NCBI GenBank assembly: GCA_029882395.1
Contig: JAOUKT010000006.1
Location: 21,915 to 85,914 of the forward strand
DNA from: Gammaproteobacteria bacterium
GTDB taxonomy: Bacteria > Pseudomonadota > Gammaproteobacteria > SZUA-229
Length of the DNA: 64,000 bases
Reading direction: 5' to 3'
The notes under the pieces were generated by a model. That model did no database searches, had not been told where the DNA came from, and was given only the letters and a program-made list of their open reading frames with translations. This document shows positions 9,756 through 21,013 of this stretch, piece by piece. Position 1 is the first letter of the stretch, and every line of letters begins with the position of its first letter. The position numbers were made by a program, and so were the translations under genes.

Positions 9756-10523
9756 TTAGATATTTTCATCAGAGCGCAGGGTCAGCACTTCATAACCATC
9801 GGCGGTGACTAAAAGGGTGTGTTCCCACTGCGCTGATAAGCTTCGGTCACGAGTAATCACGGTCCATTCGTCGGGCAGTACCTTTACCTCGCGTTTGCCG
9901 ATATTCACCATCGGTTCAATGGTGAAGGTCATGCCTTCTTCAAGTACCAGACCGGTGCCTGCTTTGCCGTAATGCAGTACCTGGGGTTCTTCATGGAATT
10001 GTGCACCAATACCGTGGCCGCAATACTCCCGTACGATAGAGCAGTTATTGGCTTCAGCGTGTTGTTGGATGGCGGCACCAATATCACCCAGCGTGGTACC
10101 GGGTTTTACCAGTTTAATGCCCAATACCAGGCATTCGCGGGAAATTTCAGAAACCCGCCTGGCTTTGATCGGCACTTCTCCGACATAAAACATCTTGCTG
10201 GTGTCTCCATGGTAGCCATCTTTGATGACAGTGATATCGATGTTAACAATATCGCCTTTTTTGAGTTTTTTATCAGAAGGAATGCCGTGACAGACCTGGT
10301 GGTTGGTAGACGTGCAGATTGATTTAGGAAAACCGTGGTAGTTTAATGGCGCGGGTATGGCCTGTTGCTCTTCGACAATGTATTGATGGCAGATTCGGTC
10401 AAGTTCATTAGTGGTGACACCGGGTTTGACATAGGGCGCGATCATTTCCAGTACATCAGCGGCCAGTTTGCCAGCCACGCGCATTTTTTCTATTTCTTCG
10501 GGGGATTTAATGTTGACAGCCAT
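9756..10523 (-). CDS. map: Methionine aminopeptidase type I
   Basis: 255 aa. Near-colinear with E. coli MAP (MAVNIKSPEEIEKMRVAG..., metal ligands in DIVNIDITV, HGDTSKM, REYCGHGIG, FTIEPM, EHT). Confidence 0.96.
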   Translation of the reverse strand: MAVNIKSPEEIEKMRVAGKLAADVLEMIAPYVKPGVTTNELDRICHQYIVEEQQAIPAPLNYHGFPKSICTSTNHQVCHGIPSDKKLKKGDIVNIDITVIKDGYHGDTSKMFYVGEVPIKARRVSEISRECLVLGIKLVKPGTTLGDIGAAIQQHAEANNCSIVREYCGHGIGAQFHEEPQVLHYGKAGTGLVLEEGMTFTIEPMVNIGKREVKVLPDEWTVITRDRSLSAQWEHTLLVTADGYEVLTLRSDENI

Positions 10524-10589
10524 GAATTCAGTTTTACCTTAGATTTCCTATACTTAGCGTACTTTAGTTTTGAAAAAAATACATATTTG

Positions 10590-10618
10590 TTGAGTTAATA
10601 AGACGCTTATGGTATAAA
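10590..10618 (+). promoter_or_regulatory. Candidate sigma70 promoter for rpsB (TTGAGT, 17-nt spacer, TATAAA), implying a leader of about 190 nt
   Basis: Read directly from the sequence: ttgagt(10590-95), taataagacgcttatgg, tataaa(10613-18). A long structured rpsB leader is known in gammaproteobacteria. Confidence 0.4.
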
Positions 10619-10815
10619 TCCGCCGCGTTTATATGCAAACCAAGCTCATAATCATAGCATTTTGTAAGAAGTCTGTGATCTTTTATGAGTATTTTTTAAA
10701 TCCGCACATATATCGTCACATATAAATGGGTGCCGTTTAAATATTTGTTTTACAACAAGTTTAATCTGGTTTTTTATATGGGATATATGGAGGCGAAACC
10801 CTAATCGGAGTATTT

Positions 10816-11562
10816 ATGTCTAAAGTAACTATGCGTCAAATGTTAGAAGCGGGTGTCCATTTCGGTCACCAGACTCGCTACTGGAAACCTAAAATGGCTA
10901 ACTACATTTTTGGTGCCCGCAGTAAAATTCACATTATCAACCTGGAAAAAACCCTTCCAATGTACAACGATGCGATGAATTTCATCGGTAAGTTGGCATC
11001 AGATCAGGGCAAAATCCTGTTTGTTGGTACTAAACGCGCTGCTCGCGGTGTTATTAAAGAAGAAGCAGATCGTTGTTCAATGCCTTATGTTAACCACCGC
11101 TGGTTAGGTGGTATGTTGACTAACTTCCAGACTGTTAAACAGTCTATCAAGCGTCTTAAAGAGCTTGAAAAAATGTCAACAGACGGCTCATTCGAGCGCA
11201 TGATCAAAAAAGAAGCCTTAACCATGACTCGTGAAATGGAAAAGCTGGATCGTAGTCTGGGTGGTATTAAAGATATGGGTGGCGTACCTAGCGCTGTATT
11301 TGTTATTGATGTGGGTTATGAAAGCATCGCTATTAAAGAAGCCAAGCGCCTGGGTATCCCTGTCATCGGTGTGGTTGATACCAACAATATCCCTGATGGT
11401 GTTGATTACGTGATTCCCGGTAATGATGATGCGATTAAAGCAATCAAATTATATGTACAGGGCGCAGCTGACGCTATCATCGAAGGTCGTGCTTCTTCTA
11501 TTTCAAATGCGGCGGCTAAAGATGAGTATGTTGAAGTTGATGAAGACAAAAAAGCCAGCTAA
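10816..11562 (+). CDS. rpsB: 30S ribosomal protein S2
   Basis: 248 aa, [27 protein letters not shown]..., full-length S2 homology. RBS ggagg lies upstream. Confidence 0.97.
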   Translation: MSKVTMRQMLEAGVHFGHQTRYWKPKMANYIFGARSKIHIINLEKTLPMYNDAMNFIGKLASDQGKILFVGTKRAARGVIKEEADRCSMPYVNHRWLGGMLTNFQTVKQSIKRLKELEKMSTDGSFERMIKKEALTMTREMEKLDRSLGGIKDMGGVPSAVFVIDVGYESIAIKEAKRLGIPVIGVVDTNNIPDGVDYVIPGNDDAIKAIKLYVQGAADAIIEGRASSISNAAAKDEYVEVDEDKKAS

Positions 11563-11594
11563 AGCCGCTTTGCTTTCTTAAATAATACTTTTAT

Positions 11595-11622
11595 TCACCA
11601 CCTTTATTAATAAGGTGGTGAA
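11595..11622 (+). other. Stable hairpin in the rpsB-tsf intergenic region (tcaccacctt...aaggtggtga) without a U-tract; probable attenuator or processing structure
   Basis: 10-bp perfect inverted repeat seen in the sequence. No poly-T follows, so it is not a canonical terminator. Confidence 0.4.
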
Positions 11623-11653
11623 GGTTTAACAAATTCTAAACGAGGTGGGTATC

Positions 11654-12532
11654 ATGCAGATTACTGCTGCTATGGTTAAAGAGCTACGTGAGCGTACGGG
11701 CTCAGGTATGATGGAATGTAAAAAGGCATTGACTGAAGTTGATGGTGATATGGATGCGGCTATTGAAGCGATGCGTAAATCTGGCCTGGCGAAAGCTGAT
11801 AAAAAAGCAGATCGCGTTGCTGCTGAAGGTCTGGTGGGTATTGAGCTGTCGGCTGATGGAAAAACAGCGGCTATCGTTGAAGTTAACTGTGAAACCGATT
11901 TTGTAAGCGGCGGTGCTGAGTTTGCTGAGTTTACGGCAAACGTAACCAAGCAGGTTTTAGCTAATTCACCTGCCGATGTGGCTGCTTTGAGTGAAATGCC
12001 GGTTACTGATGGCGCGGATTCAATTGAAACTACGCGTAAAAACATGGTGACTAAGATCGGTGAAAACATTCAGGTTCGTCGTTTTCAGCGTATTGAAGCA
12101 ACGGGTAAAATGGGTTCATACAAGCACGGCAGTCGTATTGGTGTGGTTGTTGATATTGAAGGCGGTGATGACGAGTTACTGAAAGATATCGCGATGCATA
12201 TTGCTGCTACAAACCCGACTTGTGTCAGTGAAGAGCAGGTACCGGCTGAAATGCTTGAAAAAGAAAAAGCAATCCTGATCGCTCAGGCAGAAGAAAGTGG
12301 CAAGCCGGCTGAAATCATCGAAAAAATGATTGGTGGTCGTATCCGTAAGTACCTGGCTGAAATCACGCTCGTGGGTCAGCCGTTTATTAAAGACTCGGAT
12401 AAAACGGTTGGTCAGTTACTGAAAGAAAAAGGTGCAACGGTTCATTCATTTGTTCGGCTCGGAGTCGGCGAGGGGATCGAGAAGAAAACGGAAGACTTTG
12501 CCGCTGAAGTGATGGCGCAAATCAACTCTTAA
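11654..12532 (+). CDS. tsf: Elongation factor Ts
   Basis: MQITAAMVKELRERTGSGMMECKKAL... is the canonical EF-Ts N-terminus. The ATG at 11654 follows GAGGTG; the track start at 11645 is a GTG 3 codons upstream. Confidence 0.96.
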   Translation: MQITAAMVKELRERTGSGMMECKKALTEVDGDMDAAIEAMRKSGLAKADKKADRVAAEGLVGIELSADGKTAAIVEVNCETDFVSGGAEFAEFTANVTKQVLANSPADVAALSEMPVTDGADSIETTRKNMVTKIGENIQVRRFQRIEATGKMGSYKHGSRIGVVVDIEGGDDELLKDIAMHIAATNPTCVSEEQVPAEMLEKEKAILIAQAEESGKPAEIIEKMIGGRIRKYLAEITLVGQPFIKDSDKTVGQLLKEKGATVHSFVRLGVGEGIEKKTEDFAAEVMAQINS

Positions 12533-12543
12533 GAAAGCACTTA

Positions 12544-12573
12544 AAACCGGGAACTTAGTTCCCGGTTTTGTTA
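12544..12573 (+). terminator. Rho-independent terminator after tsf
   Basis: aaaaccgggaacttagttcccggttttgtt: a 9-bp GC-containing stem followed by a T-run. Confidence 0.8.
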
Positions 12574-12641
12574 TGTAGGTCTTCATTTTCTGATATTATT
12601 AGCGCAATATTATTAAGCGCTTGCCAGAGGATCAGTTTTTC

Positions 12642-13373
12642 ATGTCAGAATCAAAACCAATGTACAAGAGAGCCCTGCTGAAACTCAGTGGTGAAGCCCT
12701 GATGGGTGAGCAGGACTACGGTATTGATCCGGTTATTATCAGTCGTGTTGCCAGCGAAATTAAACAGGTCGTCGCCTCTGGTGTTGAAATCGGCATTGTC
12801 ATCGGTGGTGGCAATATTTTCCGTGGAGCCGGTCTGGCTCAGTCGGGTATGGACCGTGTCACGGCTGACCACATGGGCATGCTGGCAACGGTGATGAATT
12901 CACTGGCTATGCAAGATGCGCTATCTAAAACAGGTGTCAAAGCGGTTGTCATGTCAGCTCTTCAAATGAACCAGGTGTGTGAGCAATACGTGCAGAAAAA
13001 AGCCATTGAGCATCTTGAAAATGGCACGGTTACTATTTTCGCAGCCGGTACAGGTAACCCTTATTTTACAACCGATAGCGCCGGTAGTTTGCGCGCCATT
13101 GAAATTGAAGCCGATGTGTTAATGAAGGCCACCAAGGTAGATGGTGTATATGATGCTGACCCTGTTACAAACCCTGATGCTAAAAAGTTTACCAGCCTGA
13201 CTTATGATGAAGTTTTAAGCCGTAAGTTACAGGTAATGGATGCGACGGCTGTCATTTTATGTCAGGAACATAAGATGCCATTAAGAATATTTAATTTAAA
13301 TACTGCAGGTGAAATGCCGCGAGCGGTTGTTGACGCTAACATTGGTACATCTGTAGTGCTTGGAGACTCGTAA
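12642..13373 (+). CDS. pyrH: UMP kinase
   Basis: [22 protein letters not shown]... The ATG at 12642 is preceded by agagg; the track start at 12621 is a TTG. Strong UMP-kinase homology throughout. Confidence 0.95.
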   Translation: MSESKPMYKRALLKLSGEALMGEQDYGIDPVIISRVASEIKQVVASGVEIGIVIGGGNIFRGAGLAQSGMDRVTADHMGMLATVMNSLAMQDALSKTGVKAVVMSALQMNQVCEQYVQKKAIEHLENGTVTIFAAGTGNPYFTTDSAGSLRAIEIEADVLMKATKVDGVYDADPVTNPDAKKFTSLTYDEVLSRKLQVMDATAVILCQEHKMPLRIFNLNTAGEMPRAVVDANIGTSVVLGDS

Positions 13374-13930
13374 TGATAGATGATGTAAAAGACGATGCTT
13401 CGTCACGTATGGCCAAGAGTGTTGAGTCATTCAAAAATGACCTGGTTAAAATCAGAACGGGACGAGCACACCCCAGCTTGCTGGATCAGGTGACGGTTGA
13501 TTATTATGGTAGTGAGACACCGCTTAACCAGGTGGCAAAAGTCAGCACCGAAGATGCCCGTACATTAATGGTTTCGCCATGGGAAAAAGACATGGTGAAA
13601 GCAGTTGAAAAAGCCATTATGAACTCCGATCTGGGTTTGAATCCGTCAACGGCTGGCACAACGATCCGTGTGCCTCTGCCGCCTTTGACTGAAGAGCGCC
13701 GCCGTGATCTGGTAAAAGTGGTAAAGGCTGAAGCCGAGCATGCGCGTATTGCGATTCGTAATATTCGTCGCGATGCCAATTCGGATTTAAAAGAATACCA
13801 GAAAGAAAAAGAGATATCTGAAGATGACGAACGCCGTGGCCAGGAACTGATTCAGAAGCTCACTGATAAAGCGATTGCTGACATTGAAGTGATCTTGTCT
13901 GAAAAAGAAAAAGAACTGATGGATATTTAA
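13373..13930 (+). CDS. frr: Ribosome recycling factor
   Basis: 185 aa. The start overlaps the pyrH stop (TAATG). The C-terminal arm is typical of RRF. Confidence 0.95.
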   Translation: MIDDVKDDASSRMAKSVESFKNDLVKIRTGRAHPSLLDQVTVDYYGSETPLNQVAKVSTEDARTLMVSPWEKDMVKAVEKAIMNSDLGLNPSTAGTTIRVPLPPLTEERRRDLVKVVKAEAEHARIAIRNIRRDANSDLKEYQKEKEISEDDERRGQELIQKLTDKAIADIEVILSEKEKELMDI

Positions 13931-13973
13931 GTTGTCAGGTTTTTGTTCCTTACATTGATCGTAAATCAGTAAT

Positions 13974-14759
13974 ATGTCTAACAAAAAACAACAGCCTGAA
14001 AGTCAGTTTACTGTTTTGCCTGCTCATGTTGCTATAGTCATGGATGGTAACGGGCGCTGGGCAAAAAAGCGATTGATGCCCAGAGCAGCCGGACACAAAG
14101 CAGGGGTCGGTGCTTTAAAGTATATTATAGAGTCCGCTTCAGAAGCCGGCGTCAAATGCTTAACGGTATTTGCTTTCAGTAGTGAAAACTGGAACCGGCC
14201 TGAACGCGAAGTCTCTATATTAATGGACTTGTTTGTCAGTTCCATCAAAAAGTATCTGCCCGAGTTAAAACAGGCCGGTGTGAGTCTGCGTTTTATCGGT
14301 GACCGTTCTGTTTTTTCTGAAAAGCTGTCAGCTTCTCTTCTTGATGCGGAGTCAGCTACCAAAGATAATACTTTTCTTAATCTTAATATTGCAATGAATT
14401 ACGGCGGTCGCTGGGATATTGTTGAGGCGGCAAAAAACATGCTGCTTGACGTAGAGTCGGGCTCTGTATCGCCGGCCAATATCGAAGAAACACTGTTTTC
14501 AGATTATCTGTCTCTTGCTGATTTACCGGCAGTGGATTTGTTTATTCGTACCGGTGGTGAGCACCGTATCAGTAATTTCTTGCTCTGGCAGTGTGCCTAT
14601 AGCGAGCTTTATTTTACTGATGTGCTCTGGCCGGATTTTAATGGCGATGAGTTTTTAAAGGCATTGCAGTGGTTTTCGAGCCGCCAGCGTCGTTTTGGAC
14701 GCACCGGTGAACAGCTTGAAGAAGAACTGCAGTCACTGCAAACTAATGAGGTTAAATAA
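13974..14759 (+). CDS. uppS: Ditrans,polycis-undecaprenyl-diphosphate synthase
   Basis: HVAIVMDGNGRWAKKR, FAFSSENWNRP and RTGGEHRISNFLLWQ motifs. Confidence 0.95.
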   Translation: MSNKKQQPESQFTVLPAHVAIVMDGNGRWAKKRLMPRAAGHKAGVGALKYIIESASEAGVKCLTVFAFSSENWNRPEREVSILMDLFVSSIKKYLPELKQAGVSLRFIGDRSVFSEKLSASLLDAESATKDNTFLNLNIAMNYGGRWDIVEAAKNMLLDVESGSVSPANIEETLFSDYLSLADLPAVDLFIRTGGEHRISNFLLWQCAYSELYFTDVLWPDFNGDEFLKALQWFSSRQRRFGRTGEQLEEELQSLQTNEVK

Positions 14760-15584
14760 ATGTTGGCGTTAAGATTACTCACCGGTATTCCATTAGCAAT
14801 TGCTGCCATCTGGTTTGTACTGACTCAGCCATCAGACAGCATACTGTATGCATTAATTGTGATCGCAGCGATTGCTGGCTGGGAGTGGGCCGGGCTTGCC
14901 AAAGCGAGAACAGTCGCTGTCAAGGTAATGTATGGTCTGGTGCTGGCGATGACTTTCTGGTCGCTTAGTCAGATTGATATGAAGCTGCTGATTAAACTGC
15001 AATTCATCACCGTTGTATTCTGGTTGGCGGCTGTCATCTACCTCTCACGGGTAAAATCAGTTGCGACACATTCCCGTTTGTCGGGCATTAAACTTATACT
15101 CGGCGTGGTGGTGGTTATCCCTGCCATGATTGCAATGTGGATGCTGCATCGCTTTAACCCGGAGTGGCTGTTGTTTGGAATGAGCATGGTCTGGGTTGCG
15201 GATATTGGTGCTTATTTTGCTGGCAGACAGTTTGGGAAAAACAAACTGGCTGTTGTTCTGAGCCCTGGGAAAACACGCGAAGGTTTCTATGGCGCCATGC
15301 TCTTAACGCTGGTTTACAGTTTATTGGTCAGTGTCTTTTATTTCAAACTGAACTCTACGGCTTTACTGTTAACGTTACTGATGACGTTTGTGCTCACGGT
15401 ATTTTCTGTTGCAGGTGACCTGTTCGAAAGCCTGCTAAAAAGACAGGCATCCGTTAAAGACAGCGGTAAGATCCTGCCGGGCCATGGTGGTGTGCTGGAC
15501 AGAATAGACAGCTTGACAGCAACCATGAGTTTGTTCGCTGTCGCAACACTTTATATCTACCATCTCGATAGCTTGCTGGTCTGA
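14760..15584 (+). CDS. cdsA: Phosphatidate cytidylyltransferase
   Basis: 274-aa polytopic membrane protein with the CTP-transferase signature near the C-terminus ([28 protein letters not shown]). Conserved position after uppS. Confidence 0.9.
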   Translation: MLALRLLTGIPLAIAAIWFVLTQPSDSILYALIVIAAIAGWEWAGLAKARTVAVKVMYGLVLAMTFWSLSQIDMKLLIKLQFITVVFWLAAVIYLSRVKSVATHSRLSGIKLILGVVVVIPAMIAMWMLHRFNPEWLLFGMSMVWVADIGAYFAGRQFGKNKLAVVLSPGKTREGFYGAMLLTLVYSLLVSVFYFKLNSTALLLTLLMTFVLTVFSVAGDLFESLLKRQASVKDSGKILPGHGGVLDRIDSLTATMSLFAVATLYIYHLDSLLV

Positions 15585-15588
15585 GTCG

Positions 15589-16779
15589 ATGCAAAGTGTA
15601 AAGCTGACCATTTTAGGATCTACCGGCACGATTGGTGAAAGCACACTTGATGTCATTTCTCGTCATGAGCAATACCAGGTGGTGGCATTAACAGCAAACT
15701 CCCAGGTAGAAAAACTGTATCAGCAGTGCCTTCAGTTTCATCCGCAATATGCTGCAATGGTTGATGAAAATTCGGCAGCACAATTAGCTGAAAAACTAAA
15801 AAAAGCTGGTCTTGAAATTTCTGTGCTGTCAGGTACTGAGGGTCTTGAAACAGTGGCTGCATTAGATGAAATTGATACCGTCATGGCAGCAATTGTCGGT
15901 GCGGCCGGCTTGCTGCCGACACTGGCAGCCGCAAGAGCCGGCAAGAAAATATTGCTGGCCAATAAAGAAGCGCTGGTGATGTCCGGGCATTTGTTCATGG
16001 AAGAGGTGCGTGCAAATGGCGCGACGTTGCTGCCTATAGACAGTGAGCATAATGCTATTTTTCAGTGCATGCCTGAGAATTATTCAGAAGGCCTGGCCCA
16101 TGTAGGTGTTAATAAGATATTGCTGACGGCTTCCGGGGGGCCGTTCAGAACCCAGGCGCTGGATCAGTTAAATACGGTGACACCGGCTCAAGCGGTGGCG
16201 CACCCTAACTGGGTAATGGGTCAAAAGATCTCTGTCGATTCGGCCACCATGATGAATAAAGGCCTGGAAGTCATTGAGGCCTGCTGGTTGTTTGATACAA
16301 CTGCCGATATGATTCAGGTTGTTATTCACCCGCAAAGTATTATTCATTCAATGGTATCGTACAAAGATGGCTCGGTACTGGCACAGCTAGGTAATCCCGA
16401 TATGAGAACACCGATTGCACATGCAATGGCCTGGCCAGAAAGAATTGATTCCGGTGTGGAACCTCTGGATATTTTTGAGGTCGCAAACTTTGAATTTGAA
16501 AAACCTGATATGCAACGCTTTGCCTGTTTGCGCTTAGCTTATGAAGCGATGGCGCGCGGCGGCACGGCGACCACTGTGCTCAATGCAGCTAATGAAATAG
16601 CAGTTGATGCATTTTTAAATGAAAAGATTGGTTTTTTACAAATCCCGCAGATCATAGAGTCGTCATTGACTGCTGTGGCTATTGATGAGGCAACGAATCT
16701 TGAGCAGGTATTAAAAGCCGATCAGCAAGCACGTTTACATGCAAAAGAGATGGTATTACGTAATGGTAGGGTTAACTAA
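15589..16779 (+). CDS. dxr: 1-deoxy-D-xylulose-5-phosphate reductoisomerase
   Basis: 396 aa. ILGSTGSIG-type NADPH motif ([14 protein letters not shown]), then LANKEAL and DSEHNAIFQ motifs. Confidence 0.95.
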   Translation: MQSVKLTILGSTGTIGESTLDVISRHEQYQVVALTANSQVEKLYQQCLQFHPQYAAMVDENSAAQLAEKLKKAGLEISVLSGTEGLETVAALDEIDTVMAAIVGAAGLLPTLAAARAGKKILLANKEALVMSGHLFMEEVRANGATLLPIDSEHNAIFQCMPENYSEGLAHVGVNKILLTASGGPFRTQALDQLNTVTPAQAVAHPNWVMGQKISVDSATMMNKGLEVIEACWLFDTTADMIQVVIHPQSIIHSMVSYKDGSVLAQLGNPDMRTPIAHAMAWPERIDSGVEPLDIFEVANFEFEKPDMQRFACLRLAYEAMARGGTATTVLNAANEIAVDAFLNEKIGFLQIPQIIESSLTAVAIDEATNLEQVLKADQQARLHAKEMVLRNGRVN

Positions 16780-18158
16780 TGGCTGATTTTTTAAACAATT
16801 TACTGTTTTTTATTGTTGCCATAGGCGTGCTGGTCACTTTTCACGAATTTGGTCATTTTTGGGTAGCCTTAAAGCTCGGCGTTAAAGTTCAGCGCTTTTC
16901 AGTCGGCTTTGGAAAAGCATTTTACACCTATAAAAGAAAAGTCGGCCAGCATCAGGATGAAGTAGAGTTTGTGCTCGCTGCTATCCCGCTGGGTGGTTAC
17001 GTCAAAATGCTGGATGAAAGAGTAGAAGAGGTTGGCGAAGATGAAAAACACCGGGCTTTTAATACCCAGTCGCTGGCGGTTAGAACAGCGATTGTAGTGG
17101 CCGGGCCACTGGCTAACTTTTTATTGGCGATCATACTTTACTGGTCTGTATTCGTTCTGGGCACATCTGCATTTCAACCGATTCTGGCAGAACCCCCTGC
17201 ACAGAGCATGGCGGCTCAAGCGGGCTTTAAGTCGGAAGATATAGTCAAACAGGTTAATGATAAAGACATTGTCACCATGACGGGATTCAGACTGGCGATG
17301 ATGGACGCGGCTATTTCTGGTGAGCGCATCAAAATTTCCGTGATTGACCGGAATAATACAGAAGCTGTTCGGCTACTACAAATTGGCGATAAAAAAATAC
17401 TAAATGTCGAAGGTGACCCAATCGAAAAAATGGGCTTTAATCTTTGGATGCCAGTTATTCCTCCTGCGATCGGCCAGACGGTTGCAGCTAGCGTTGCTGA
17501 AAAAGCCGGTATTGAAGCCAATGATTTAATTCTCGCGGTTAACGATAGTAAAGTAGAGTCCTGGTCCGAGACGGTTAAGTTGATTTCATCCAGCCCCGGA
17601 AAAACAATCACACTGACACTGTTGCGCAACGGCGCAGAAAAAAAGATTGATATAACGCCTGCTGTGCGCAAAAACAGTGAAGGCCAGGACGAGGGTTACA
17701 TTGGCGTGTATTTGCTACGGCCTGAATCAGTTATCGAAAAGCTGTATACCACCGAAGAATATGCCGTACTTCCTGCATTTGTTGTGGCGGCTGAAAAAAC
17801 CTGGTCAATGTCTGTATTAACACTGAAAGTTTTAGGCAGCATGCTGATCGGTGACGCAGCGCTGGAAAATATCAGCGGGCCACTGACGATTGCAAAATTT
17901 GCAGGTGAAACGGCAAGTATTGGTCTGGTACAGTTTTTAAGTTTTCTGGCTGTTATTTCAGTTAGTCTCGGTGTTTTAAATCTGTTGCCTGTGCCCGTAC
18001 TCGATGGCGGACACTTGCTGTATTATTTGCTTGAGTTTATCAAAGGTAAACCGCTCTCAGATAAGGCACAACAGTATGGTCAGCAACTGGGTATGATGTT
18101 GCTATTGATGTTAATGTCAGTAGCTATTTTTAACGATATACAACGAATATTTTCCTGA
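16779..18158 (+). CDS. rseP: Sigma-E protease RseP (site-2 zinc metalloprotease with PDZ domains)
   Basis: HEFGHF zinc motif in TM1, two PDZ-like regions, C-terminal LDGGH motif. The start overlaps the dxr stop. Confidence 0.93.
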   Translation: MADFLNNLLFFIVAIGVLVTFHEFGHFWVALKLGVKVQRFSVGFGKAFYTYKRKVGQHQDEVEFVLAAIPLGGYVKMLDERVEEVGEDEKHRAFNTQSLAVRTAIVVAGPLANFLLAIILYWSVFVLGTSAFQPILAEPPAQSMAAQAGFKSEDIVKQVNDKDIVTMTGFRLAMMDAAISGERIKISVIDRNNTEAVRLLQIGDKKILNVEGDPIEKMGFNLWMPVIPPAIGQTVAASVAEKAGIEANDLILAVNDSKVESWSETVKLISSSPGKTITLTLLRNGAEKKIDITPAVRKNSEGQDEGYIGVYLLRPESVIEKLYTTEEYAVLPAFVVAAEKTWSMSVLTLKVLGSMLIGDAALENISGPLTIAKFAGETASIGLVQFLSFLAVISVSLGVLNLLPVPVLDGGHLLYYLLEFIKGKPLSDKAQQYGQQLGMMLLLMLMSVAIFNDIQRIFS

Positions 18159-20461
18159 TGTTAATTAAAAAAAATATATTAGTTCTTTTATTTTCAGTAT
18201 TAAGTGCCTCATTGGTACAAGCAGAAACCTTCAAAGTATCGGAGATAATTATTAATGGCCTTGAGCGAATTGACCAGGGCACAGTACTGACATATCTGCC
18301 CGTGCAAACTGGCAGTCAGTTTGATACCGGTGACTCGTCTCGTGTTTTGCATGAATTATATAAAACCGGCTTTTTCTCAAAAATAGAGCTCGACCGAGAT
18401 GGCAATAAAATCATTGTTAATGTTACCGAGCGCCCGGCTATTACCGAAGTTAATTTTGATGGCAATGAAGATGTCGATGATGAGCAGCTTAAAGAAGCAC
18501 TGGATCAGATAGGCATTAAACCGGGACGGGTTTATCACCGTTCTTTAGTAAAAGTACTGGAGCAGAACTTACGACAGGTTTATTTTTCGCACGGAAAATA
18601 TGGTGTAAAGATAAAAACAAAAGTCGAAGAGCTTGATGATAACAGGGTCAATATCGACATAAAAATATCCGAAGGCCTGCCGGCACTGATAAAACAAATC
18701 AATATTGTTGGCAATACTATTTTCACAGATGAACAGCTGCTGGATGGTTTTACGCTTGAGCAGCCGGAAACTGTGATCGGAATAGATTTTGAAGGTGACC
18801 AGTATTCGCGTCCGGTTTTAACCGGTGACCTCGAAGTACTTAAGTCCTATTACCAAAACCGCGGTTACATCAATTTTAAAATTACCTCGACCCAGGTGAG
18901 TATTTCAGCCGATAAAAAAGATATCTTTATCACTATAAATGTTGATGAGGGAGAGAAGTTTCATGTCGAGAAGCTGGATCTGGCCGGGGACTATGTATTT
19001 TCTGAGCAAGAGATCAGAGAAAAAATATTGCTCAAAACCGGTGATGTTTTTTCCAATGCTGTCATGGTGGCATCTAAAACCGCTATCACTAAGAAGTTAG
19101 GTGACGAAGGTTATGCCTTTGCACGGGTAAACGTAGTGCCTGAGCAAAACAATGAAACTAAAACAGTTAAACTGACCTATGTCGTGCAGCCAGGCAAAAA
19201 GGCCTATGTACGTAACATCACTTTTTCAGGTAATGATAAGAGTACAGATGCTGTTCTGAGACGTGAAATGCGGCTTATGGAAGGTGCGCCGTTAAATACA
19301 ACGGCATTAAACCGCTCTAAAATTCGTTTGCAGCGGCTTAAATTTGTTGAGACGGTGGAGCTGAAGACAACACCTGTTCACGGAACCGATGACCAGGTTG
19401 ATATTGATATAAAAACGGTAGAGCGGCTGTCCGGCAGTTTTAATATCTCGGCTGCATTTTCCCAGGTTGAAGGTGTTGTTTTTGGAACCAGCCTGACACA
19501 GGATAACTTGTTCGGTACCGGGCAGAGCTTAAGTCTGGCGATTAATACCAGTGATGCCAATACTGTGTATAGCATGACGCACACCGATCCTTATCATACG
19601 GTCGACGGCATCAGCCGTAGCTTTGAAGTCAATTACAGAAAACGTGACGCAAGTGAAGAGTTGATCAGTAATTACCTTATTGATACCGCCAAGATTCGTG
19701 TCCGCTATGGCGTTCCTGTTTCAGAATATGACCGCTTTAGTTTTGGCTACGGCATCGAGGCAATAGATATTACGCTGGCCAGCTCAAATGTGGCGCAGGA
19801 GTTTGTCGATTATGTTGATACTTATGGCAGCTCTTTCGAAAACCTGACATTACAAAGCAGCTTTTCACACGATACCAGGAACCGCACGGTGTTTGCCGAT
19901 AAAGGCCTGATTCATTCGGTCTCCCTGAGCATGACGGTTCCGGGCGGTGATATTAGCTATTATAAAATACAGCATCAGTCAAAGTTCTTCTTTAATCTTG
20001 GTAACCAGCATGCGCTGATGTTACGTGGCCAGCTAGGGCTGGGTGATGGTTACGGAGAAACGGATGAATTACCTTTCTTCGAGCGCTTTTTTGCAGGCGG
20101 CTTGCGCTCGGTGCGCGGTTACAGAACAAACTCCCTGGGCCCTTATGATGCTGATGTCAGCAGCTCGGTCGGTGGTGATTTGAGCATTATTGGTGGTGTT
20201 GAGTGGATATTCCCCGTACCATTTATGGAAACTCCGCCAGCTTCTGTCAGAATGAGCATGTTTTATGACGCCGGCAATGTCTTCGACAGAGAAGAGACCA
20301 GCCTGAATCATGCCTTTTTTGAACTCAAGGATGCTATCGGTATATCTTATGTCTGGCTGGCACCGATAGGGCCTTTGCGCTTTAGCTGGGCAAAAGCTAT
20401 ATCGCCTGAGTTAACTGATGAAACAGAAACCTTTCAGTTCAGTATAGGTTCATTCTTTTAG
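18158..20461 (+). CDS. bamA: Outer membrane protein assembly factor BamA
   Basis: 767 aa. Signal peptide, POTRA repeats, and a C-terminal beta-barrel ending ...FQFSIGSFF. The start overlaps the rseP stop (TGATG). Confidence 0.94.
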   Translation: MLIKKNILVLLFSVLSASLVQAETFKVSEIIINGLERIDQGTVLTYLPVQTGSQFDTGDSSRVLHELYKTGFFSKIELDRDGNKIIVNVTERPAITEVNFDGNEDVDDEQLKEALDQIGIKPGRVYHRSLVKVLEQNLRQVYFSHGKYGVKIKTKVEELDDNRVNIDIKISEGLPALIKQINIVGNTIFTDEQLLDGFTLEQPETVIGIDFEGDQYSRPVLTGDLEVLKSYYQNRGYINFKITSTQVSISADKKDIFITINVDEGEKFHVEKLDLAGDYVFSEQEIREKILLKTGDVFSNAVMVASKTAITKKLGDEGYAFARVNVVPEQNNETKTVKLTYVVQPGKKAYVRNITFSGNDKSTDAVLRREMRLMEGAPLNTTALNRSKIRLQRLKFVETVELKTTPVHGTDDQVDIDIKTVERLSGSFNISAAFSQVEGVVFGTSLTQDNLFGTGQSLSLAINTSDANTVYSMTHTDPYHTVDGISRSFEVNYRKRDASEELISNYLIDTAKIRVRYGVPVSEYDRFSFGYGIEAIDITLASSNVAQEFVDYVDTYGSSFENLTLQSSFSHDTRNRTVFADKGLIHSVSLSMTVPGGDISYYKIQHQSKFFFNLGNQHALMLRGQLGLGDGYGETDELPFFERFFAGGLRSVRGYRTNSLGPYDADVSSSVGGDLSIIGGVEWIFPVPFMETPPASVRMSMFYDAGNVFDREETSLNHAFFELKDAIGISYVWLAPIGPLRFSWAKAISPELTDETETFQFSIGSFF

Positions 20462-20498
20462 TATTATTTTATTAACGATAATTTTGATGGAAAACAAA

Positions 20499-21011
20499 AT
20501 GAAAAAAATATTATTAACTTTGCTGTTTACTCTGCTGCTATCAAATACAGCTCAGGCAAAAGATATGAAATTCGGCGTGGTCAGCGTTGAAGCTATTTTA
20601 AAGAATGCGCCCCAGGTAATAGCTATTAATAAAAAGATGCAGGACAGGTTTACAGCACCTCAGCAAGAGCTAAAAAAGCTCGGCGAGTCAATCAAAGCAT
20701 CGCAGGAAAAGTTTAAAAAGGATGACCTGATACTGTCAAAACAACAAAAGTCGGCAACCCAGAAGAAGATACTGGCATCGATTCAGCAATACCGCGAATC
20801 AGAAATGAAACTGAAAAATGAAGTCGATGATGTCAGAAACCAGGCATTGGCAGAATTCCGTTTCACGGTGCAAAAAGTGCTCAACCAGCTGGCAGAGGAT
20901 AAAGGTTATGACTTTATTTTCAGCGAGGGCGTCGCTTATGCTAAAAAAGAGTTCGATTTGACAAACGAAGTGCTAACAAGGCTGAAAAAGCTCTCTGAGT
21001 CTGAAAAGTAA
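20499..21011 (+). CDS. skp: Periplasmic chaperone Skp (OmpH)
   Basis: MKKILLTLLFTLLLSNTAQA signal peptide, then a coiled-coil-rich basic protein. The track start at 20484 is a TTG; the ATG at 20499 is preferred. Confidence 0.88.
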   Translation: MKKILLTLLFTLLLSNTAQAKDMKFGVVSVEAILKNAPQVIAINKKMQDRFTAPQQELKKLGESIKASQEKFKKDDLILSKQQKSATQKKILASIQQYRESEMKLKNEVDDVRNQALAEFRFTVQKVLNQLAEDKGYDFIFSEGVAYAKKEFDLTNEVLTRLKKLSESEK

Positions 21012-21013
21012 GT

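Noticed and set aside
11626-12069. Antisense or embedded ORFs inside strongly conserved genes (e.g. 11626..12069 in tsf, 21532..21868 in lpxD, 35826..36292 in ispD, 26723..27175 in the M16 gene, 17216..17671 in rseP, and all other 60-150-aa track ORFs nested in the genes listed above)
   Set aside because: Each overlaps a CDS with clear family-level homology on the other strand or frame. Their own translations are compositionally odd (Cys/Ser/Arg-rich) and lack starts with RBS support.
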